From NCBI RefSeq assembly GCF_964204865.1, contig NC_135264.1, positions 8,618,001 through 8,682,000 on the forward strand: a stretch of 64,000 nt of DNA, read 5' to 3'. Of the stretch, positions 41,701-53,700 are shown piece after piece. The position numbers and the translations under genes are program-made. Position 1 is the stretch's first letter. Each line of letters begins with the position of its first letter. The DNA is from Styela clava. Lineage: Eukaryota. The notes below the pieces were generated by a model, which saw only the letters and a program-made list of their open reading frames with translations, did no database searches and had not been told where the DNA came from.

Positions 41701-44700
41701 AGCGAAACTCCTCTGAAATGTGATTTTACAATTCCACACCCGTGTTTCCTATGTTTATTATTGTTACAAGTACACCTCGGTATGATGTAAAATTATTTAT
41801 ATAGTGTGCCGTATTGCCACTACACAGTATATTCTCTGTTCATTTCTTAGTTTGGAATTTACATTGACGTTTCAAAAACCTAACTAGTTGAAGAGAATTT
41901 TACATAAAAAATTGATGTTTTATTTGACTTACATCTTACGTTAGTATCGTGAAATTTACTCTTCGGCGCTTGTTTTTTGTTTGTTTACATATTTATTTAT
42001 TTGTGTCTGTATTTATTTTATGTACACTATAATGGTTTTGCATTTTAAATTGGAGACCTGGTGTGGTAGTGTTGTGGGTTAGTGAGCGACGTAACTCGGT
42101 ATAACAAAGTATGTAATTATTATGTGCCTGAAAATTGAAGGGGTATTAGATAATATTACAATGAAATTTCAATTTATTCAAATTTTAAGAGTAGAACCAT
42201 AATTTTTCGTTTTTTCTCCAGTCTTTATTTTTTCCATGAATAAATTAAAAAAACGTATTAAGTAACCACAATCATTTAGATGATATTTCATATATCATTA
42301 TTGGAACGAAACCACATTTGATAAAATCATAGCATATAAATATACTTTGCGGACAACCATTATTGTCGGTCTATCAGAAACCCCCACTTTGTGACGTAAA
42401 ATGTAAAATTAAGAGGACATTAGAAGATTAATTACTTCTCTAATCCGTGTGAACGAAACATAAACCACAATTGTCGACCGACCTTTTTACGACCCAATTT
42501 GTATTTTCTTTTAGTAATTACTGAAAAAATCGGAAAAATATAAAAATCGAATATTAGAGTGGACCACGTCAGGGCAATACGCTAGGATTGTTTGTGTTCG
42601 GAAAAGAATATTTTGTAGCGTAATCCCTGTTCTCTATAATTCGAGACATTTAATTGCGAAAAAAATTTTCTTCGATTAATGACAGCCAAAGATAATATAA
42701 TAAAGAGTTTCTTAAAACTTCTTTTGAAGAAAGTTAATTGGCGCTACCTCAATTTCCATTGTGAATTCTAGAATCTAGATTAATTCAACTTCAAATAAAC
42801 ACTGTTCTATTTAACGTTTTCAGTCAGTTTAAACCTTTATTTAAAGCATGGAACCATAGTGAACATACTTATCTGATATCAGGAGACGGATTAAATAAAT
42901 ACAAAGGTTTTCATCAACTATAGTTTACGTCATAAGTTGGTGGCGTCATTAGCCAAGATGGATTGTATCATTGGACATACTTTCGGTATCATATGCTGGA
43001 TTCTATGGGCATATATATGCAATTGTACTTTCGGTATGCCGGCGTATAATAGCCAAAAGCATTACGTATCTCGGAGAAATTGGCATGCTCCTCCAGCTCG
43101 GTCATCTTATTATCGTATGGAGCATGACTATGGCCTCAGAAGGCGCTACGATTACGCTGCTTTGAGAGCTGTTTTACCTTCTCCTGGCTATGAGAAATTT
43201 GATATATATCCATATTCCACTTCACATCGGGTGTTATCTAGCAGAGATAAGTACCGGTATACCCCTACTTGGTATCCTATGCAAGACAGACTGATGCTGG
43301 CTAAAAACGTGTGTCCTTGTGGCGTTCGGGATAAACTTGACAATCTTCATGTAAGTTTTGTATTGTTACGTCATAAATATCAAGCATTGATGATGATCTA
43401 TGACCTATCTATGCCAGTATGCGTTACGTGGCCCTACTCTCTCCAAAGTTGCAAGCTTTTGCCGTTTTGTAAAAAATTTTTGTTTATTTTCAAAATGTCG
43501 TGTGAAAATCTGCACGAATTCACAGACGGCAAACGTGTAATTGTATCATTTTAGTTAAATCCGTACGGAAGCTGGTATTTAGAATAGGAACAATGCCTCA
43601 TAGACGAACCTGCTAAATTTACGGTTAGCCCGTCAATTACAAGCCAAGTTGTCTTATGGTTGTAATTATTTCCTTCTAGTGAAATGATGACCATATTTAA
43701 TACCACACAACATATATAATGTTAAAATCAATGGCATTTCTCCCGTGTTAAAGCATGGACAAATAAATTCAAGTCGTTTTTGAAGTTTAATCGGCCAAAA
43801 ACGAGCACATTTTGATAAAAGAGGAATTGAGCGACAACAGGGTTAATTTTGTCCATCTCTTCATAAGTCGACAGGAAGTGTTAGGTTTTTAATCCGTAAA
43901 TCATCGGTGTTTTGATTCCGGATCAGCGGATCTTTAAACACAGGTTTACCGCGTTTGGTTGTGGTCCTGTCTGGTTTTGCGCCATGAATGAAGGTGCCGA
44001 ATGTAAATTTGTATTAGGCTAGTGAAAATTATATGTGGTTTTGAATATGATATATTGAAATAGGAGTGACAGTGGGCATTCAAATTTTTTCAATACTAAT
44101 CCCAAAAGATGGTTTGATTGTTATATCAGTTGATATGGTAGGTCAAAGCAAGATTTGTCTAAAAATAATACCAATCTAATGTCAAATTTGTTCAACATAT
44201 TGTACCAAATAGCAGTCGACCCTGAACCCACCAAAAGGTAATTCGTTGAACATACTCGAGACATTCTATACGTAAAACCTGCTATATTTCTAAAATATAT
44301 AAATGTATATACGCACGCAATTATGTACATTTGCTTACTACATAGAATCAAAAACAAACAAACTACGTCATGAGAATTTTTATCCGGCAACCTTTAAATC
44401 TAATTAAAGATACACAAACATATAATTACCAACCGACTTTTGACGCCCAAAGGTTGTCGTCTGCTGGAGTCTTTTTGTTACTTTGAAACATCTGCAATTT
44501 TTAATTATCATGGTCGCGTGCTAAAATAAGATGATCTTTCAAGTTTGTCGCGTAATTATCAGTCTTAAGTGTTTTATCTTATTACCAACGAGTTATTATT
44601 TGTTTATCTATGTTTAATCATGATATGTTTAAAAAGATGCTAGAATTTTTAAAGGTAAAATATTTGCTCTTTCCTATACATTGCAAAAATTATGACAACT

Positions 44701-47700
44701 TTCATCATTTACACACTATTAAAGTATGAATAGATGTATGGTCCCGATGGACATCCGATTGGGGGCATTGGGTTGCCATATAGACGGCGTTTGTATTTCA
44801 GGGCAGTTCCACAAAGTAGTACACTCCCAATTCAGTGTGGGGTTATGTTTTAGACTTGTTCCTATCAAATCTCACAGTTTTCCAATGGTGGCCCTTTCTA
44901 CAAAAGATTCTCCGAATATATCCAGCCTAAATGAAAATAGATTTACATTGACATATAAAGAAGTTGTATGAATTTATTTCTATGATATGCTATATGAATC
45001 ATTGGGCTCACTTCCTCAGAGTGGCTATAACGACTACTCAGGGCATTGGATATGACCGATTATTATTAGTTGATCATTGGTAACTGTTAAATTTGCTTTT
45101 TTACAGTATTTCTATTCCGTGAAAGACATCAGTATCGGCGGGATGTGTATCTGCTACGGACATGCACACGATTGCCCGTCTCACGCAACAACAGGAGTAT
45201 GTACTATTATAAATTTTTTCTCATCAAACTTTTTTTTTTAAATTCCAACAAGCCAAACCAAAATACTACGCGATATGTTTCTTGTCCACGTTCAAAAAAT
45301 TTGATCTTTTTCAGAAGTTCATTTGCAAATGTGAGCATAACGCGATGGGTGATAATTGTGAGCAATGTAGACCGAAATTCAACCAGTACAAGTGGAGCCC
45401 AGGGAATGGTGGATTTCAATGTGAAGGTAAGGCTGCGTACACTGGTAATTCGGCGGTTGCCACATTTGTAACGAATTCAAAATCTTTGAAAATTTTTGAA
45501 TGATTGCAAATTCTTTTCTATTATCTCAGAATGTAATTGCAACGGGCATGCCGATTCTTGTTATTACGATGAAAACGTTGAGTGGCGAAAAGAAAGTATA
45601 AATATGGAAGGGCAGAGAAAGGGCGGAGGAGTATGCATCGATTGCCAGGATCACACAGCGGGCATCAATTGTGATAGGTATCTTCGATTATTTTTCATTC
45701 AAATATTTAAGTCCGCGCTTAAACCAATTATGAACCACGAATGATAAACGATGGACCACACTTGGTAAAGCTTGTAACTTATACCCAAATACATATATGT
45801 ACAGAGAAGTGTTTATTTTTTAGTTGTGTTGATGGATATTTCCGACCTATCAATGTACCACCAGAAGATGTGCGACCATGCAGACCATGCGATTGCGATA
45901 CCTACGGTGCTCGCACAAATTTCAATGGTCGACAAATGTGCAGAAAAACGACGGAAGATGGCGGTGCACATCAAGGAATGCAACCCGGGGACTGTTACTG
46001 CAAGGACGGCTACGCGGGTTCAAAATGCGAGCGGTACGATTTTTATTGACTTGTTATTAATATGATTAATATAATATTATTAACATAATTTTATTCGACA
46101 GATGTGACTTCGGTTTTCGTGGATATCCTCGTTGCGAACCTTGTCAATGTAATCCTGCTGGAAGCTTGAATATGGATCCTTGCCATGGACCATGTTTGTG
46201 CAAGGTAAGAAATGTGTATTTTACATCAATTGTATACTACAATTGAAAAATGTTACAAAACTGTTACTACTACACTATTATTTTACAAAATTCAGGAAAA
46301 CGTGATAGGACCAAAATGTGACGAATGCAAAAATGGATATTTCAACCTGGAGCGTCAATCTCCGCTTGGATGTGAGACGTGTTATTGTTCTGGGATTACC
46401 AATCTTTGCGAATCCGCTGTGCTGTACAGGTAAATAAATGAACTTTCATCATGCTGGAATGCTTATATACTAATGGTATATCTTTCTACTATTCGTTTTA
46501 ATATTTTACATTACCCAGTGGTTACTCCCGTAGTATGTGTATATGGTTAGTGTTGGGCCATAATTTTATTCCGATTTTCCTTATTTCAGTTCTATTACAA
46601 GTTCGAGGACTGTCTGTTTTAGCCAAGTAAATATACCCCCTGCCCATAGGTTTCAGTCCCTTTACACAACTTGATTAGTTACCCTATTAATATTAATATT
46701 GCCCAGTCGTTACTCCCGTAGTATGTGTATATGGTTAGGGTTGGGCCATAATTTTATTCCGATTTTCCTTATTTCAGTTCTATTACAAGTTCGGGGACTG
46801 TCTGTTTTAGCCAAGTAAATATACCCCCTGCCCATAGGTTTCAGTCCCTTTACACAACTTGATTAGTTACCCTATTAATATTAATATTGCCCAGTCGTTA
46901 CTCCCGTAGTATGTGTATATATATGGTTAGGGTTGGGCCATAATTTTATTCCGATTTTCCTTATTTCAGTTCTATTACAAGTTCGGGGACTGTCTTTTTT
47001 AGCCAAGTAAATATACCTCCTGCCCATAGGTTTCAGTCCCTTTACACAACTTGATTAGTTACCCCCAAATAGGTACACTTACTTCAGAAGTGCTGTTCAG
47101 TCAAACTTTAGCTTGAACATCTTGCTTATAGTTGAAGAAATTTCACAGGCGACATTTTGATTAACCAACATTTAAAACTGCTTGTTTTGAGCCATGTTTG
47201 AAGCTGTCAGCTAACTAAACTTTCGTTCTAGGAGATACATTCGAAACATGCGTGGCTGGGAAGTTGTAGACAGACCAGCATCACACACTACCATCCCATC
47301 TTATGACGAAAATTTGAACGAACCATATGTTTCACACGAAGAAACAGCTCGTGCTGTATGCACTGGATTATATTTTTGGAAACCTCCCAATGAATACATA
47401 GGTATGTTTGAAAATAAAAAACATTGATACTTTTGACATTATATCAATTATCAAACAATTTCGTAACGTTTTTTTCCAGGCAACAAGTTATCTTCTTATG
47501 GAGGAGAATTGAGATATACTATTTATTACGAGTTACCTACCAATAGTACTCAGTCATCTCCGATCAAAGATATTGATGTTATTTTGGAGGTAAGTCTTGT
47601 GACTGTTTTATGATTTAGATTATGCCTAAATATGATATTGAACTTTTCATATTTTGTTCAGGGTAATGGAATATCTTTGGAATTTAGTCGCCAAAGAGAA

Positions 47701-50700
47701 GTGCAATCTTACGTCAGTACTCCTTTCGTCGTACCTTTCAAGGAAGGTACAGGCTGGATGGAGTCTAATTCAGGACGTTCCGCCACCAAAGACCAAATTC
47801 TCCAAGCACTGAGTGACGTCAAGAGACTTCTTATACGGGCATCTTATAATCGTAACGGCAATGCTGAATTCAGGTTTGTAATGAAGCAGGAATATTTTAA
47901 CAAAGTCGGAAATTTCCAACGATTTTATGCTGTGTAAGATATAACGATGCCTATTAATTTTATTGGCAATATCAGTAATTCCACGATATCAGATCGAAAA
48001 ATTAATAAATTTAAAAAAAAAAAAAAAAAAATTCTTTATCCCATCTTATACTCAATCCCTTTTTACAGAATTCGGGATGTTAGTATGGACGTAGCGGCAC
48101 CTGACGGCGAAGGAGAGCGAGTAACGTCTGTAGAGCAATGCCATTGTCCGCCAGGCTACGATGGAACTTCTTGTGAAGATTGTGCAGAAGGTTATTTCAG
48201 GTATATATAAGAGAGCAACGCTCAAATATATGGATACGAATGCTAAATGATTAATATAACCGCCACCTAGTCAGCTCACTTTGAGCGAAATGTTAAAAGA
48301 ATTGCGTTTAAAATTGTATGAAGGCGTGCTCGTGCATTACGGACACGAGAAAAATTTCTTGTCGGGTCTAACAAGTCGTTGCGCCTGACACACGTTGCAG
48401 GTTTTTTTTCTTAACTCATGTGTATTCTATTTTTATTTACTTTCTTTATTATGCAGGAGCGGGCGTGAATGCATCAAATGCGAATGTAACGGTCGTTCCA
48501 AAACATGTAACCTGTATACTGGAGTGTGTGAGGTACTGATTTTATGTTTTTTGAATAATATATATCAAATGATTATATTTAATTACTCAATATTTCAAAT
48601 TTATATTTCTGTTTTTATTTTAGAAATGTGAAAATGGCACAATGGGTATGCGTTGTGAGCTTTGCCAGCCCGGTTATTACGAAGACACAGGAGGTGGTTG
48701 TATAAGGTATCATTTTATTTGGGTTTCTTTTTACCATATTTTACTATATTGGTTTTTTACTAAATTGGGATAAAATTGTAATTTTTAGATGCACATGTCC
48801 TTTAGTGGAAGCATCGAATAACTTCAGTCCGACTTGCGTTTTGGATGAGTTCGACAATGTTGTACACTGCTTGAACTGCCCTACTGGATATGAAGGTCTT
48901 CAGTGCGAAAGGTAATATAAATATAGATGTTTAACTATATTTGACTGTCATAGTATTTGAAACGACGTATATGTTCCTTTTGCAGATGTGCGGATAGTTA
49001 TTATGGAGATCCTACCTCCATTGGTGATGTATGTAAGCGTTGTGAATGTAATGGAAATGCTTATACGTGCGGCAAAAGTACTGGTGAATGTATTGCATGT
49101 CGTGGTAATACGGCTGGTCGCCACTGTGAACAATGTGCAAATGGTGAGTTGGATTATAAAATAAACAATATAGATAGATAGTGCGATTCTCAGGAACCTT
49201 TTTGGTAGTTCAAGTATATTTTGTTATGTTCAGGTTTTTATGGTGACCCGATTATCCGGAAAAATTGCACCTCTTGCCGATGTGATCTTGATGGAGCCGT
49301 TTCCCGTCAATGTGACCCCGTTACGGGTCAATGCCCATGTCGTCCAGGTGTATTTGGCAAAAGGTGCGATACATGTCAGGTATGGTATTAATACTTAACT
49401 CCATATAAATATATTTGTTACTCTATTATAAAACTAGATTTTTTTTTCTGTAGGAAGGTCAATATTTGGATCGCACTCGGAAAATTTGCGCACCCTGCTT
49501 GTGTGACGCACAAGGGTCACTCGGAAGTGGGTGTGGTGTTACGGGTGATTGCGTTTGCAAAGTAGGCGTGGTCGGAATGAAATGTGACCAGTGCAGTGTT
49601 GGATATTTTGATTTTGGTAACGATGGATGTAAAGAATGCGATTGCCCGCAAACGAATCAACATTGTGATCCTGTGACAGGAGCATGTGTCTGCCCTCCAC
49701 ATACAACTGGGCCAGGATGTACTCTGTGTACACCGAATGCATATGGGTGGGACACTAATAAAGGTTGCAAGGTAACTATTGATCAAACTGTTTCAATATT
49801 CAACTAATAAAATCTCCTTTGGCTTGCACAATTGCAGCAGTCTGACGTCTGCAAGTGTCCTGGGATGTCAAACCATTTTTATTGTGAAACATTTTTAAAA
49901 TCTTTAGCTGCCTAAATACATTATCAAGTAAGATCATGCTTGGAATATCCTGTTTTTATGCGTGGATATCATTGTTTGATTCTTCGTTTAAATAGGAATG
50001 CAACTGTCATGGCGTTGGATCAAAATCAAGTCAATGTGATGAGTTTACAGGGGAATGTGATTGCAAAGACGAATACACAGGAAAGCAATGTAATGCTTGC
50101 AGGTATGCAACAATGTTTATGTTTGGTATTTTGTTTTTAAAAGAATATGGTGAAAAAAGGGTCGTGGACTCACTCAGAAGTAAACGGGACTTGTTTCTAA
50201 GCAGAGTTACGGTGCACCAAATGCCAAGAGTTGAGTAGGACTCTTGGTATAAACATTCACGTATTATAATGTTATCGCAAATTGAATCCAATAAAATTTT
50301 TTCTTTATTTAGTGATGGATTCTACGATTTTCCAAATTGCCTTCCTTGCGTTTGCAATTTACCGGGGACAGTGTCATCTTCTTGCCAAAACAACACTGGC
50401 ATATGCACATGCAGTAACGCTGGACAATGTCAATGCAAGAAAAATGTTGTTGGGGTAAAATGTAATAGATGTGCTGAGGGCACCTTCTCGCTTCTACGAG
50501 ACAACCCAAAAGGATGTACAGATTGTTATTGCTCCGGCGTTACTGACGAATGCACTCAAGCTGTTTATCACTGGGGAGACGCAGTAAGTTATAATTTATT
50601 TGTATTTTGTTTTGTTGTTTAATTTATTCAAATGATAGTACGATTTCCAAAACATGAAGATATAGACTTATACTTACTTACCATTCGTAATGGTTAATAT

Positions 50701-53700
50701 GATCGAATTCTCAATTTAACTCAGCTAAGGTGAAATTTAAGTATGTTGGAAACACGTTTAACATTTTAACAGATTACATTAGACGAAAATTCAAAGCAAA
50801 GGTTAAAGTCATTGATTCTGACATTGGAAAATTGATGCTTTTATTTTCAACTCCGGTTGACAAGTTACCGCTTCAAAAACTTTTGTTTCGGTTTCAGTTT
50901 GTTATTCATTTATTCATAGTCACAATAAATGGAATTATTACCTGTAATGATATTTGCACATTTTAGGGAGTTCTTTATTTTTTTTTTTGACGGTTTTGTT
51001 CGTTTTAGCAAGAATTTTTTTGGGTCGTGTTGTCTGACACTTTTGATTTTTTCGATTTTCCATGTCGGCATTTGATTTGAAAATTGTTTATATGTCGTGG
51101 AAATGAGATTTAAGCATTAGTGTCCGATTTGGACAAAGCCCCTTTGTCGGCACGTAATGGGTACTTTAAAATGGGTCAATCTAAATGGGTGTGGTTGACT
51201 GTGCTTTAATTATAATTCTCTGATATTTTGCTCTTACTTCGTCAAGCAACCATGGGTAGTGAATAATAGGACCCTATTTTATTTCAACTCAAGCTTGACA
51301 GAACGTATATACGCCTTGATCTTTTAGGAAACCATCCAATTTTTTTCTATTTTCTGGGCACAATAAAAATTAATTTCTTGCTCAAATTTGCAGCCCGAGC
51401 GAAATCGAGGCATTTCCGCCGCTTTATTATACATTTTCCTCCGCAAAAATGCACTATTCGACACCGTTCTTCATCTTACCCCGCACGCCATCTTCGCTCA
51501 AATTGGAACGCTTACGTCATATCTAGAACGAAAATAACAAAAAACCGGAAACAATTTATCGGTACACCAAAGAGGCTTTGAAATTGTTCTTAGATTAGTT
51601 TTAGTGGACTTAGCACACGCGCGCGTAAATTGCTCTCGAGCGTGAAGTGGCCGTGACCGAACTCGACATGGGAAAGTGCTAAACTGAAAACATTTGGATG
51701 TGATAATTGTTTTTGACATGTACGTCATTTCTGTGAAAAATATGAAAGCACTTTCGCTTTTTTCAGTTTAATTTTTTGTTTCATAACCTGTATGATTGAC
51801 TCAGTCATCGATCAATTGAAAATCAGTTGTTTTCGTCAGCCATTATTCAGTTCTTGTCTTTATATATATCAGGAGTAAACCGAAGAGTTTCGCAAAAAAC
51901 CTACTAAATGTGTGATCATTTTTGAAGTAGGCTACATATTTCGGCATCTAAATGGTCTAATTGTAAAAGCAAATTGTGGATTTTATCAACCAATTGGTGT
52001 TCCTTTTCTATCATAAGTTGAATCCACACAATCACACATCAGTACATCTACATAATCAAGATCTATCAGGATTGAGGTCTTAATTCGTCATGTGCATGAT
52101 TGTGGCACATCTAGCCTCTAGTAGTTTATTGCTTTATCACGATAGCCTTTGCTACTGATCAGGCAGAATTATTTTGATCATTTATTTTAAATTTACACCT
52201 TTTTGTCATCATGCATAGATTGCACTTAGAGACCCAATGGAATTAGTGGTGAGAATATCATTTGAATTGAAATTGAATTGCTTATGATTGGAGGAAATGC
52301 AATATTACCAACCAATCGCTTGACCGCCACCTGCTTAGCCTACTTACTGCCTGCAATTATATAAAAAAAATCGCCCAATTTTGAAACACAAATTGACTGG
52401 CGGGCGCAATCATGTTTTGAAGGAAATATGTACACAACTAACTCATAGTATCACTGCTAAAATATATAAAAAAAAACATAACTTATTTTTTAAAGTACTT
52501 ATAGAATATGGACACAATAAAATTTTAACACGCGACAATTACATTTTTAGTAAATTACTATACAATTCATATACGTAACTCATCTTTTTGTGCAGTTTTC
52601 AATGTTAATTTTGTTATATTAATTTGGAGGAGCTTTACTAACGTTTCTATTTGGCTCAAATGGCAAAGCTTGATTATTTTTACTGTGTAGTTATTAATTT
52701 CGTTCATATTTAATACCGTTATCATGGGTTAATTAAAGCGTAATCAGAATGGCTTCCTGGAATATTTTTACAATTTTGTTGTTACAATTATCCACACTTT
52801 GCTGTTTTTTAATTCTTCTTTAAGTGTTCAAATATACTTCATTTTTAGTCTTCGTGATTCAATAATTTTAAAATATTATTGCAACATGAACAATCAAAGT
52901 GCGTAATCATTTCATATCAAACCACGAAACTTGCAGTTTCCTTTTTGCATTACAATATTTCAAATAATAATAGTAAATTAATCTGATATCGATAAATTTT
53001 ACTATTGTGTTGTTTATTAACAGTTATCGTTAAAGAAATTCAAACCAACTCATTCTAATGCTTCAGGTATCACTCTCTGTTGGGTCTCAAGTCATGGTCG
53101 CCAATCAAGTCAATACAAGATCCACAAGCGAAGGTGTGATTATGACGAAAAATGCCGGAACGGTTTCAATGGATCCTGGTATAGTACGCAGAACAATGAG
53201 ATATGAACCGTATTACTGGAGACTCCCGCTTCAATTCAGTGGAGATAAGGTGATTGGTTGTTAGCTTAATAATGTCGCATTCCAGAATGCGTTAATATTG
53301 GACACGAAATGGACATAGGGATCGCTTTTCTCTCGATTACTGAACCAATTGCTTTGAAATTTCCAGGGGTTAAAGCTTGTTGTTGTCGCTAGAATGCTAT
53401 TACTTTTATTTATTTAATATCTTTGGTTCTATTAGATTCGTTTTTCACTTCGAAGTTTTGTATGATGACGTCATCAAAATTAAAATTGCCTACCGTGGTT
53501 CCGTGACCACATCTCGGTGGTGGTCAGACTACCGGTACTGTAAAAGATTTGATACTACCTTGCTTCTGTTTTCGTGTTCATATATTTGAAATTGAAACAT
53601 TTTTGAGTTTATAGTAATACTTGCTTTTTGCGTCATCAGCTAACGTCATACAATGGGTTCTTGAGATTCAAGATATTCTATTCGGCTGCGATCGGAGATT

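Noticed and set aside
46514-47064. Repeat array as a CRISPR-like locus
   Set aside because: The units are contiguous 188-bp copies with no unique spacers, in a eukaryotic intron with no cas genes.
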